Shown here piece after piece: positions 13,916 to 26,959 of a DNA stretch of 64,000 nt. The position numbers and the translations under genes are program-made. The number at the start of each line of letters is the position of its first letter. Position 1 is the first letter of the stretch. The notes under the pieces were generated by a model. That model was given only the letters and a program-made list of their open reading frames with translations. It had not been told where the DNA came from and did no database searches. Origin of the DNA: Antedon mediterranea (taxonomy: Eukaryota; Animalia; Echinodermata); the NCBI RefSeq assembly GCF_964355755.1, contig NC_092670.1, positions 31,608,388 through 31,672,387 of the forward strand. Direction: 5' to 3'.

Positions 13916-15200
13916 TTTATTTATGATTGTGAAAAAAAAAAATACATACGAATAAAACAGCTATATAAAAATAAAAAATTAAAAAAAAAGTAATGATTCA
14001 GTGTTATAATTTTATTTACCTGTCATTATGTTAATAAAACATATTCTAAATTTAATTTATATCATGTTAGATATATTTCAAGGACATTTGTTACATAAAA
14101 AATAAATTTGTAAAGATATTTGTTACATAAGATAAATTTGTTAAGAAGTTTGTTTCATAAACATATGTGTATAGATAAATTTGTTACATAAAAATAATTT
14201 TGTAAAGAAATTTGTTACATAAATATATTTTTTACAAGAAGTTTGTAACAGAAAATTATTTTGCAAAGAATTAGTTGCATCAATTGATTTTATTTTTTTA
14301 CAGTTGGAACTGTACTAAAGCTAGGCCCATTGTTGGTACATATAACATCTCGGATTCGCCGGAAACGTTGCAGTGGTGGAGAGGCTTGTCCTGACGGAAC
14401 ATTCCAGTGATCCTCATTTGCATAACAATGTGTTTCAGTAGAGAGCGTATCGCAGGCTATAAGTATTCCGACGCTAAACTAAGCAAGGATGTATTCGTTT
14501 CTCTTAAAGAGCTGGGAATTCTAGCCACCCACCATCGTTCCCTGACTTGACTTCATTTTGTCTGTTGTTCGATGTTTTTGTGTTTTTTGATTTATATCGT
14601 TGATGGATTTGATATATTTTTTCATTTAAGTCTAAGTATATATTTTTGTATAATTCAACCCAAAAGTTGCAATAAAAGTATTTTTATCAGTTTTTTATCA
14701 GTTTATCAAACGTATGTAAATAAAAAATTATGTTGTTGAAAAAAATATTTTGTAATTCAGTCCATTTGCTCAGTAGTTTGTTTAAGTTGTTAAGTCTGGT
14801 TTGTGTAATATTCTTGTAAATAAAAAAATTTATTTTTAACCTTTGTAATTATTTTGTAAATATCATTTATGCATTTTTTTTTTCGTAAATAATTGAATTT
14901 ATTTATACTTTTTGTATGGGAATCAATATTTGTTTATAAATTTAATTGTGATTATAGATTTCTTCTTTATTTAGTATGTCGATTAATTTCAGATTCAGAA
15001 ACATGTTACACAAGAAAACAAAAAATTGTCATGATATTCGTTACACAAAAAATTATCAAGAATCTTTTTTTACATAGGCCTAAATTTAATTTTATCATTA
15101 AATTTGTTATAAAATTTATTTTGTCATTAAATTTGTTACATAAAAAATAGTTGTTTCATGATTCTTGTTACAATTTTTTCTTTTTTTGTTCATTACTTAT

Positions 15201-15570
15201 ATGAAAATTCAAGTTAAGAACGGAATGACAATGACTGGGCGTTTAGTGTGATTAGCGGACCGCTTTCCTCCTGTAAATCGGTATTTGTTAACAATCTTTT
15301 AGAGAATAATTACTTTGACAAGTCGTTTGATGATATTACATAGTGTTATGGCGAATATCAAACAAACTTAGTTTACGGAACTACTTTACTACTGCAACAT
15401 CTAACATAAGTTATAAGAAGGCTATACTTATACATTGGATGTTTTCGATGTTAGTAAATAACACAATGGTGACTAACTAGATGTTTACACCTTCACTGCT
15501 ATAATTACAGTTAGAATGTCATAAAGGGTAAATCGGTATTCTTTAAATAATTAGGCATATAAAACAATTA
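15201..15570 (+). pseudogene. Degraded Maverick/Polinton DNA-packaging ATPase
   Basis: Manual translation gives VISGPLSSCKSVFVNNLL (degenerate Walker A, GPxGSGKS/TxFVxxLL) followed by DIT*CYGEYQ (IxWCYGEWQ-type motif); multiple stops and frameshifts. Confidence 0.6.
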
Positions 15571-15810
15571 AATTGTCGAGTTGCTTGACGTTAGAGAAGT
15601 AAATGTTGTTTGTGTTTACATGTGTGTCATAGTAGAGAATGAATTATAAAACCATTACATTGTCGAGTTTCTTGACGTTAGAGAAGTAAATGCTGTTTGT
15701 GTTTACATGCGTGTCTAGGAAGTGAAGATGATGGTTCTCGGAATGATAATGACTCGGGTAAAAAGTGTTTAGAATGACGTTCTGGCTTCGACATTTTCTG
15801 TCGGTTACCA

Positions 15811-16672
15811 TCTATATATAAATTTACGTAAGGGTAAAATTCGGTAAATCGCGCCTTACTTTTAGAATTTTTACTCGATGGTATATAGAGTTGGTTCGTA
15901 CTTTCGGTACTGATTTTAACCACCTGATGTAACCCTGTTTACTAATTAAATTGAGTTAGATAATTAGTTATTGACAATTAAAATGAATTTAGGTTCAACG
16001 ATTTGGCCCAAATAGGGGTGTTTTCCGATCGTGGTATACACTGTCTAATGGATGTCCTCTTGAAAAATACCTGCACACAATAATACGAGGATGCTTCGCA
16101 TTTTCCTATCTCCTCCTACGATAATTGTTTTTAATAGCTGAAAACCGGTTGAACAGCTCGAGTACAGTATCATAATGTTGAAGACAGGCCGATTTTCTTT
16201 AAAAAATACTATTTTGATAGATTTAATATTCGTTTATACAAATGTATTTATTTGCGATGAATGGAACATTCCAATCTCTCAGACTCCGAGTTTGTTTGGT
16301 AAATTTATGAGCCCTTGGTTTAACACAAGTAGGTAAATGTATGGGCCCTTGGAGAATAAACTTATGTGATACAGTATTGCAATACTTTTGATAATATTGT
16401 AAATACTGTACGTATTAACCATTTTTGGTCGCCATTTGAATCGAAATGTTCTTACTGTGAATGTGGTTACTGTTTATATAAACACATATACAAAGAAAAT
16501 TTATTACTGTGACTGTGGGTAGGCTCTACTGCTGGATATATAAACACATAATATACAAATAAAAGCTTTATTACTAACAGTTGCTTCTCAACGTTTGTAT
16601 TAATTAATCATTATAAAAATATAAACGTCGTAGTGGTGTATCGTTACATGTACTTTACTATTTCAATCGACT
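15811..16672 (+). mobile_element. Non-autonomous Helitron, 3'-truncated copy
   Basis: Begins A|TCTATATATAAATTTACGTAAGGG; reverse-complement match to the complete copies at 54938-56378 and 57787-58999. Confidence 0.75.
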
Positions 16673-16711
16673 ATAACAGGGACAGTTTCAAAAGGTATTA
16701 AATCGGGGTGT

Positions 16712-16870
16712 CGAGAAAACTCAAATCTAGAAAACTCAGATCTCAGATAGGCCTATATCTGAGTTTTCTAGATCTAGAAAACTCAGATATCTGACTTTTC
16801 TAGATCTAGAAAACTCAGATATCAAGATCTGAGTTTTCTAGTTCCAAAATGGAACTAGAAAACCCAGATC
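16712..16870. repeat. Nested palindromic repeat of TCTAGAAAACTCAGAT units, probably a DNA-transposon end
   Basis: Alternating direct and inverted copies of AGAAAACTCAGAT / ATCTGAGTTTTCT. Confidence 0.6.
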
Positions 16871-18363
16871 ATCAAATAGATCGTTCCATTATTGTTTGAA
16901 ATACTACAGTATTATACGTTTTCTTACCAATCTATATATAAATTATGGTTAATTCTGACATAGGCGAGCACAATGCAAAAACTTTGTTACAAATCTCCGC
17001 CTTGGATACCTACCTTAGTACCGCGAAACGTAGATTTGATAACATTAGTTTTCACATCGACGCTATTTTTCCATATTTCTATCTTAGGAAGATATTATAA
17101 TGAGTTTTTTAAAGCTCAGGTACAGGCATGAATTTTAAATATAATATTTGGTTAAATGTACATAAAGCAAATATTTGTAACAGAAATCGAGACGAAAAAC
17201 ATGAATTTCCCTTAATATGGTCAAATACAAAATTTGGCAAAATTCTTCAATAAAAACCAGGAAGACTTTTTTTCAGTAGTTAGGTAGTTAACCTAATGTA
17301 ATAACATGTCTGGTGACTCCCTAGACGGTGAAAAAAGATGGTGGATATACGGTGGATAATTTTTGCTATAGCATGAAAATAAAAATCTGAAGTTGAATAA
17401 AAATATCAGAAATGTAATATTCAAGTTATATTACCTATATTTAGTCATCTGATAACATTTTTTTACCACACCGTTTATTTTTCATAGCTTTTTTAAATTC
17501 CTCTCTATTTACAAAATTTGTGTACACAAGAATAGAGATTTTACTGTGTAATTTGAACTATCCCCCCACTGATAAGAAAGTGGTTATTTTCAAAAACTCG
17601 TGTAACACAAATAAAATCCCAAAAATTATGAAACATAGGGGAAACTATAGATCGATAATTATATTGGAATGTATGATCAATAGAAATGTTTTGCCCGCAC
17701 CTGGCCTTTAACACAATTTATGATCTCAACGTAGATTTTCAACCCAATTTCAATTCTTCCCGGGTCAAAGTAATTTCCGGGTTCATCTTGCAACAACCTG
17801 GTTTCAACTATTTTCTCTCTTTTATACACAAGGGAGCAGTTAAAATAATAGATTTGACCCTAAAGGTAACTGGAAACTGGCACTTTCCATCAATCAATAC
17901 AGTGTCCCTTTGGAAGAAGGAAGGAAAAAACCGATAGTAGGACTGGAACTTTCAGTTTTTTTTGTTTATTTTAGGAACGGACAGCACGTGTGTGAAGGTA
18001 GGCCTGCAGTAGTTAAAAAATAAAAAATTATACTGCAAATTAATAAAGATCAAATTAAATATACGCCATAAAGAATCGGAATATATTGTGGGAAATAGTA
18101 TTATAAAATTACATAGGGAGATTTGATGATAAGACATTTTTACTGTAGGCTATCTGTGTCCCGTTAGGACCGAGATGTCTGCCCATGTTGCAAGCCGTGA
18201 TGTCTTCTTTCTTGGGCCACTCTGTCACGGCAGTTAGTTTCAAAAGATGTTTAAATTAAATAATGTATTAATAATTATTAGGATAGTATTTATTTGAATA
18301 AACGACTCTCCAATAAAACATCACTTTGAATAATAATCATTATACTATTTCAGATATTTAAAG

Positions 18364-18437
18364 ATGGCTGAAGGGTTAATGTTGTTGTTCCTCGTTGTGT
18401 GCAATTTTTACTTATATTTACCAAGCTGTGTTAATTC
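18364..18437 (+). pseudogene. 5' start of the CR1-group LINE ORF, separated from its body by the IS3EU insertion
   Basis: ATG at 18364 gives MAEGLMLLFLVVCNFYLYLPSCVN(S); joins in frame with 35963 onward once the element and one TAATTC copy are removed. Confidence 0.75.
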
Positions 18438-18893
18438 TACGGTGGCTGATTTCCGCCAAAGAAAATTTTTTTTTATAATAATACGGCGTTATAACGCCAT
18501 AATTAGGGCGTTATAACGCCGTATTACGGCGTTATAACGCCGTATTAGGGCGTTAACGCCGTATTAGGGCGTTATAACGCCGTATTAGGGCGTTATAACG
18601 CCCTAATTAGGGCGTTATAACGCCCTAATTTAGGGCGTTATAACGCCGTAAATACGGCGTTATAACGCCCTAATTATACAATCCGTTCACACGTACATGC
18701 GCATGCGTAGTACGCCTCCACAGCGTCACGTGTAAGAAGAAACACAGAAATCAAAAGTAAGTATAGGCCAAGTAGTTATTATTATTGTATTATAAGAAAC
18801 ATGTTTATACCTTGGACAATATAATTATTTGATTGAAAATTGGCCTTGTAAAATGTTACACTATGTGAAGTAGTGCAAGTGGCGACAGATAAT
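18438..18893 (+). repeat. Left terminal inverted repeat of the IS3EU element
   Basis: Reverse complement of 35675-35956 apart from the tandem expansion and small indels. Confidence 0.9.
18485..18669. repeat. Tandem array of nine GGCGTTATAACGCC palindromes (period ~21 bp) in the left TIR
   Basis: Eight perfect 14-bp palindromes plus one lacking TA, separated by short GTATTA/CTAATTA-type linkers; the right TIR has a single copy. Confidence 0.9.
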
Positions 18894-19563
18894 GAGTCAA
18901 TCAATGGGCCAGACTAGCCTAGGCCTCCTAATAATAAATATTTACACTAGGCTAGGCCCTAGGCTTGCACTTAGCCTCCTACTGTACTGGGCCTAGGCCT
19001 ATTTCTTTATGGTGGCCGCACAGAGGAGGAAGTGCGTGATTTCGTTAGACCTGCCGGCGGGCATAATAGCTATTATATACATTTACTTAAAGATGTATTG
19101 TCCCCCAAAATCATGAAAAATAAAGATTTTTAAAATCGGACTTTGAATAGGCCATTTTACAGTTTTAATGAAGTTGTTCACCGGGAAAAAAAATTATTTC
19201 ACCTATAAAAAGACAAAATAAACAGTTAAATTACCCAAAAACTCATTGTCTTCCAGACAATTTGACAATTTTTTTGCTTTAAATTACATTTTTCTCAGGT
19301 AAATAAATTTTTGTCAGACCCAATTTTTTGTGAGAGTGAATAACTATTATGTGACATTAAAATAACATATTCAACACAAATTTTCTTAAAAAAACATCAC
19401 TGATTTGTTTCTTTAGATAAAGGCTAATACAATAAAGAAAATTTTGTTTACTACTTTTTATATATAAATTTAGTATTATTATAAGTGGTGTTTAATTATT
19501 TTGGGTTGGAAATATGTTTTTATTTAAAAAGGAGAAGTGTTTCACTTTGTTTTGGTTTTTCAG

Positions 19564-22107
19564 ATGTCGGATTCGTCAGATTCAAATGATTCGGAGTCAA
19601 AAAATGCAACACTCTTAACAAGATTAAGAAAAAAATTCTTACGAGATGAAAGTGAAACAGAAACAAAGAAGAAAAAGTCCAAATCATTTTCACGCCCCGG
19701 AAATTCAAATGCAACGAAAACTCTAAGAAAGATCCAGATTGGACTTAAGGTGGATGGAAACACATTAGAAAGGAATCCACTGGCGGAGGGCGAAGAGAAG
19801 CTAGAATGGAGAAGAGATCTTTGAAGAAAGATATAGTGGCAAAGGCTAAAGGATTCTTTTTTGCAACTGGAAATAAATTTGGACCAGTGGAACAATATAC
19901 ATTTGACCTTCAAAATTTTGAGGAAAAAGCAATGAGCGAAAGCGAAACAATAGGAGAGCTTTATGAATCAACAGGCCTCCCTCTATTAAGGTTCTACTTA
20001 ATTGCTACTTCAAGAGGTTTGATTGGAATAGATAAACCATCAACCAGCAAAGCATGGATGGAAAGTGAAATGGGAGAAGATTTACTTCCGATAGATATGT
20101 CTGATATTACTTCAACTGATAGTGATGCTAATACTTTTGTGGATCTAGGCACACCAACTGTGCAAGCAAAAGTAGTAGCCAATAATCTTCCCATATCAAA
20201 TGATTTATTGAATTACGATACGAATGAAGGTCTGTCTATAATGAATGACTTGTTAAATTATGAGGTTGAGGTTGAGAGTGAAAATCCTGTCATTCCCAAG
20301 TATACTAAAGTAAGGCTGCACCGGGGTCATGTTTTGAAAGAACTTACAGATTTCTTTATCAATACTGACCTTGATTGTCCTATTGAGGTTGAAATGGTTA
20401 TGCCTAATGGCCAACTTGAACTTGGTGAAGACTTTGGTGGTGTATTAAGAGATGTTCTTAGCGAATTTTGGGAGGATTTCTACAATTTGTATACTGTGGG
20501 AGAACATCTGAAGGTACCCTGTATATGGGATAATATGAGCAAAGAAAAGTGGCAAGCCACAGCAAAAGTTCTGGTTATCGGATATAAACAGGAAAGTTTC
20601 TTCCCGTTCAAATTAGCAGTACCATTTTTACAATATGTGATGGCTGGAGATGACACCATTATCAATCAAAACCATCCATCAATGATACCCACTTTTTTAG
20701 AATTAGTTGCAGACAGTGAAAAAATTGTTTTAGAAACGGCACTGAACAACTTCTCAGATGTGGATGAAGAGGACCTATTTGATATCCTCGACAATTACAA
20801 GGTAAAAAGAAATGCTACGAGTGAAAATATTAGAGCAATTCTACAGGATGCTGCCCACCGTACCTTGATACAGGGAACATCATACATAAGTAGATGCTGG
20901 CACAGCGTGTTTGTAGAACACATGAAACCCGCCCTATATACGATGAACATTGAAGATATCTGTCAAACAGCTATACCAACAACCAAGCGCGTCATAGCTG
21001 CGTTAAATCTGCCACAAGATGCATTAGAAGAACAAAGAAATACTAATAAACTTCTTCTCAAATTTATAAAGAGTCTGTCTGTGGACAAGTTAATGACATT
21101 TATGAGATACACTACAGGTAAGTTCATTTGAAAATAAGGTTTTTAACCGATGTTAAGGCTAGCCTCTATCCCTAGACATAAATACTTTTTTCTAAATTAC
21201 TGAAAAAAAAGATTTTTATATATTTTAAAGGGTATTACTAACTGTGCAACAACAAAAAATTTTAACCAATTACTATTGATTAGATGACAACAACTAATAG
21301 TAATACTAATTAATATTATTATTATTATTAATTAGTTGGAAGGAGGTTTCTCGAAGGTTTTTTTTAGATTATCTCCTTTTATAGTTCTATATGATCTGAT
21401 TAATAATTGGTTTGAATGATATTTATTTTTTAGGGATTTGCACTTTGAAACCAGTATTTTTGCCAGAAAAATGTATGTTTTTCAACCAAAAATTTTAATA
21501 ATTTTGTTTTATATTGTCTTCTTTTTAGATCTAATCATGTTATTGTTATAATCAATATAATATAAGTGGTTTGCAGGAGGTTTGAGTTTTTTTTAGATTT
21601 GCGCTGTGAAATCTTTAATGAAAAAATGATTTTTTTACTCAAAAACTGGCAAACTTTACATCATTTCAATTTTTTTTCCGCATAAATTATCACCTTTTAT
21701 AGTTCTAGTTGTGATCTAATCAATGATCACTTTAAATGAGGTTTGACCTCAAATAGGAAAAAAAAAAATGTTTCACTATGATTGATAAAGATGAACCCTA
21801 TCCCATATGTTTTCAGTTTTTTTCACTCAGTACTACTAGTAGTAGAGGCTAGCCTTAAATTATTAATAATATTTTATTAAATATCATTATATGTATTTAT
21901 CTTTTTATTTCTTTATTTAAAGGAGCTAATCAAATGTTGGGAAAGAAAATAACAGTGCGTTATGTTCAACAGTCTGACTTTGAGAGACGTCCAGTTGCGC
22001 ATACATATGGGTGCATCCTTGAATTGGCTTCCAGCTTCATGGACTACATTGAATTTCGATCAGAGTTCAGTGCTGTGTTGGGTAATGGACATTGTGTAGA
22101 AAACTAA
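19564..22107 (+). pseudogene. Transposon-borne HECT E3 ubiquitin ligase (G2E3-like); exons 19564-21117 and 21923-22107
   Basis: GEDFGGVLRDVLSEFW, LMTFMRYTTG, phase-1 intron, then RRPVAHTYGCILEL...FRSEF. Frameshift near 19765 (KIQIGL.../RKESTGGGRR). The AHTC catalytic Cys position is TAT (22006-22008). The terminal WVMDIV* is out of frame. Confidence 0.85.
21157..21854. mobile_element. Kolobok-type MITE in the HECT intron
   Basis: TTAA|GGCTAGCCTCTA ... TAGAGGCTAGCC|TTAA: 12-bp TIR, TTAA TSD, RR..YY termini. Confidence 0.75.
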
Positions 22108-23059
22108 ACAAGTAGCTAAAAAAATGATAATATGTGATTTTAGCATGATATAGACAATCACGATTATGCTTATTTTTTTTATTTGATATTATGTTCACAA
22201 TATTGAGCAGCAAATGTCAATATTGTGATCACTGCAGTCAAGTTGTAAAGCTCGGAGATGTATCCAAGTGTTGTGATATACTGTAATACAGTATATGATA
22301 AATGAAACCTCTTCTTAAACATTTTAAATCTAAAATGATATATAAGGGAAGTTTTGTTTGTTGTTTTTTTTTTTAAATATGTTTCCATTTGTGATATTTT
22401 GAAAGTGTTGTTTGTAAATGATATTGACCACTTCTTTAAAAAGTAAATGATTTAAAATATTTGTTGTTTTATAATAATTATGGAATCATGTTTATTTACA
22501 TGTGTTCATATATATATTCGAATCAAGTCAGTGTGCACTATGGAGTGAAAAAAATATTTTTCAAAAGAAAAGTTCAAATCGTTACCAAACAATAATACCA
22601 TCATGATTATGTTATATTTTTATTTGATATTATGTTCACAATATTCAGCAGCAAATGTCAATATTGTGATCACTGTAGTCGAGGTGTAAACCTCTGAGAT
22701 GTATCCAAGAGTTTTGATATACTATGATATGATAAATGAAACATCATTTTATTTTAAGTTATGTAAAAGGTAATTTTTGTTTATTGAAAAAAACATTTGT
22801 GTTATTTTGAGAGTGGTAAATGATTACTTTAAAAGGTAATCATGTGTTCCAAGAATATAGTTCCATAGTTTTTGTATTGTACGAAACATCTTAGTGAAAT
22901 AATGAAAAATTAAGTACAGTATTAGGCCTAACGATGTTATTGATAAGATTTCTTAAATCCGTTGCCATACATATTGTTTGTTTGTAAAAATAGATAAGTT
23001 GATTATAATATGTAAAAAACAGTTAACTGGAAGAATAATACTGTTTTATTCATAATTTA

Positions 23060-24400
23060 CTTTGCACAAAATGCACTTTACTAAGCATATTCTAACGCAT
23101 AACATGGTTAGTGGTTTCTATAAATATTTCTTAAAAATGTATGCATTATGTAAAAACTTGCCGCATCCCCATATACATTCCAGGTAAAAGAAAATCTCAT
23201 TCATAATGTAATACTGTAGTAAAAGTCTTAATTCACAACCTTATCTTGGCAGTTTTATGTGTTGGCGTTGAATTGTAACTAGTCTATTGATGACATTTAT
23301 ATATAATATAAGCATTTGAATAAAGAGTTTTATTATTCATGCAAAAACATGTTTCATTAGCTTATTCCAGGTATTAAGGTAACTTGAAAGTTCAGGGGAG
23401 CCATGGAGTATCAAAATAACTGAAATTTAAGGCTACTGAAATTTTAAAAACATCACAGAGGGGTTGTGTATTGGAAATGACCATTGGATATCAACATGAC
23501 CGGAATTTGAACTTTGAAGGTTTTAAACTACTGGTGTGGGTATTTCTTCTATTACATAATGACAAATGCATATTAGCCAGCTGGGTATTCAGCATTCACA
23601 CATGCATGTTTACGGCAACAAATATATCTGGCTCTTTCGTTTACATACATTATGTAACTGACAACTGGGATAGGGGCTTCCAAACGACACAATTCATTTT
23701 AACCATAATACTGATTTGCAAATTCCATTACAAGGAGTGGATGCGCTACGAATGATTTCCAGTATGACTCGCCTTCCCATAACCAGCAAATGATGATGTC
23801 TTGCAACCTGCAAAGACACGAAAGGTGATTTGATTTTTCAGCCACTTTGTTGTTCACTATACCAGATATCGTTCTTTAGTATGTTTTTGCTATACGAGTT
23901 AAAAAGTGCACATCATTACACATCAACTGTCATGTATAAGCACATAAGCTTCTTCGTGATTGCCATAGCAGATCATTTCTCATTGTTTACCTTGCATCTT
24001 GAAAGTCTACTCACTGTTACCAACTCGTATCATTCTTGTACTGTTCTCTCTGTATTCATTATTTATAGGTAACTAAAATGCCTGACAGCAATGTTTACTT
24101 AATCCTTAAACTGGTAGTGAATGACTATCATGTTTTTAAGTTTTCAGCTTCTGGAACATCTGTGAGTATGTCAACGCCATCCAATAAGATATGTATAAAG
24201 TCAGATTTGGCTGAAGAAATTGAAATTGGTCTATGATCATGCTCTACTTTATGATATTCACCAACTTCAATGGTTGGTCAACAGATTTGCTGTCCGCTTT
24301 TTTTTCGTAAATTTTGTTTTGATATGCACTATTAGAAATGGTTGCCTTATAGAAATCCGCAAGATTTTGAGCAATGCTATCTCAGTGGCTTATAAAATTC
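23060..24400 (-). pseudogene. Heavily degraded Academ(X)-like transposase / XPG-type nuclease remnant
   Basis: Minus-strand fragments NHEEAY (NHEEAD-like) and FRVFAGCKTSSFAGYGK (FHAFTGCDTTSxFxGxGK-like H3TH motif) in the expected order; many stops; boundaries approximate. Confidence 0.5.
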
Positions 24401-26002
24401 TACTTTTTTTCTCTTTCAATAAGTTGTTACTTTAAATGTGACCTCTTCCTCATCATCCGTCAGGTCGAAAAGATATTGTGTATTATGTTTATGTACCATG
24501 TCATGCAGAACCTATCACTGAATGAATTGTTTCTTCTTGTACCATATAATTCTATTTTGAATCATAAATGATCCACTCAGTTTTTAAAATATTTGGTGCT
24601 GATTGCTTATGGAGTTTGATCTTTTATCACCGACGAGCATAAATAGTATAGTCATAAAAGCAAAAACCAAGATAGCATAGATGCAAGTCTCAAGATGGAG
24701 AACCTTCTAACTTTGATAGAGTCCAATTAATTCGGGTGTTCAAAAACATAGAATCAATTGACCCAGGTTTCTCTTTCAAGATTTTTCGAAACAGAAACAT
24801 CAGCAAAAACTTTTGTTATTGTATTGTATCATTCAAAGATTGAACAAAACAACTTCAATAATTATGTTATTTACCTTGAATTTACCTTGACCATCGTCAT
24901 AACTGCAAACTCTTCAGTAACGTACGGGCGAAACTTGATGTGGTGGTCAGACTAATATTTAGCAATGCCCGATTTGAACTCATTGACCGATTGTGCCTAC
25001 TACATGACTGGGTAATGAGTTCCAATCATCTACAACTCTTATCATCTACAACTCTTGTTATAGGGGCCAGGGTCTCTGTTTTTGACATTTCTCAAAAACC
25101 GAGACCCCAACACAATTTTTCAACTTTAGGTCGTATAGGGAGTCTCTGTTTTTGAGATTTCTCGAAAACATAAACCCCCAAAAGCAAGGTCATATACATG
25201 GCTGCAGTCGCGTGCTCAAGTTAGTGTTTATCGACCAACCAACCGACCGACATAGTGAGCTGAACGTGACTAAAAAATTCTCAATATTACGTTATATATA
25301 GGTAGTAATAATATTATAGTAGGCTATATGGCGTTTCATACCTATAATACTGTACCTATTTTCCGGACAAAAATCGAAACGCTTACTGGTGGACAACATA
25401 AAAAAAGACAAATTACCAACAGACTGGGAAAAGTCTATAACAGTTTGTGTAATTAACCAATTTTCTATCTAAATTATGTTACAACAACTTTTTGAGAAAA
25501 TGACACTTTTGTATTTAATTTCCTATGTTTTTATGTGTAGAATAAAATGTTTATCTGTATATAATTACTATAATATGAAATGACTAGATGATCTTCAAAA
25601 ATATTTTTTTTGTGTGAATAGATCTGTATATGTAGATTATTTTCCATGAAAAAACGTAAAAATCCTATATTTTGACCTTGTTTGACCCTATAAACTGACC
25701 TTAAACCCCAAAACTGAGGATTGCATCCACCCCTATCATTTTTGTCAACCCACAAAGGATCCATCCAACATGGTTGCCTGCTATTAACCAAAAAATCCTC
25801 CAAAAATTTTTTCTAGAGGACTTTTGAGTATGCTCTATTTTTTTCCTCATAATTAAATTTCTGGTACCAAATCCGAATTGTTTATTCATTCAATACTTTT
25901 TTATTTTGGATTTAGGAGTTCCAAATATGGCCACGTTGGTACTTATTGACCTTCTATCGTTGATATATAAAGTTTTCGGTACACTACGTATATTGTTCTA
26001 AA

Positions 26003-26840
26003 AACAAGGCCAACAGCCATTAAGTCGCGTGCTACAATGCATAGTGATACCGGACCGACAGACAAGCAGACCGACAGACAGACAGACCGACAGACAGACG
26101 GACCGACCGACATAGTGAACTATACTGACCGAAATTACTGAACATGTTTAAAAATGTTGAAATGTTTAAAAACATTTATATTTTTTTAATTTACACGTGC
26201 GTAGCCTGTCACTTTTGACGTGCTCTTATAACGTAATTTCGAGTTGAAAAGTAAGTCAAGAAAACAGAAATCGGGCAAGAAGAGTGCGCAATAACATTTA
26301 ACGCGCAGTGCGCGCGCAAAAATCTGCGCACTCATGGCAATTTTGTAAACGCTTAAAATTGCCTGAAACGTACTCTTATTTCATCGAAAATAAATTTTGA
26401 AAATTTTAAGCGCGCTTACGCATGCGTTACATGCGCTACGCACGTAATTGTATTGCCATATGATGATTTATGCCCTGAAATTTATGAGTACCAAATTTTA
26501 TTTAATTGTGATTCATGGTTGTGAAGATATGATTACAAACGTGATTTCGTTAAATCGTGCGTAGACCACGTAATTTTTTATTGCGCACCGTGAAAACATA
26601 ACCACATCGATTCCTGGCCATAAGGAATATTCTGTGAAAAATTGACTTAGCTAGATTAAACTGATATCAAGATAAGGTCATAAAGCGATAAAACGCATAG
26701 TGATACCGGACCGACAGACAGACAGACAGACAGACCGACAGACAGACCGACAGACAGACCGACAGACAGACCGACAGACAGACAGACAGACCGACCGACC
26801 GACATAGTGAACTATAGAGTCGCTTCCACGCGACTAAAAA
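26003..26840. mobile_element. HINE/DINE-like element, copy 2
   Basis: Near-identical to 8813-9700 including both microsatellite blocks and the terminal hairpin. Confidence 0.7.
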
Positions 26841-26959
26841 CTGTTGAGTTTGTCGACGTTTCGATCAATATGTTGTGTTTGTCCTTGTTCTTGTATAACT
26901 TTTCGGATTGACCGCTCAAACCTTCAGGTTAAGGAAGGGAAAAATATCTCTTCTGGAGA

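Noticed and set aside
18485-18669. CRISPR array
   Set aside because: The linkers are only 7-9 nt and are variants of each other, there are no cas genes, and the array lies inside a eukaryotic transposon TIR.
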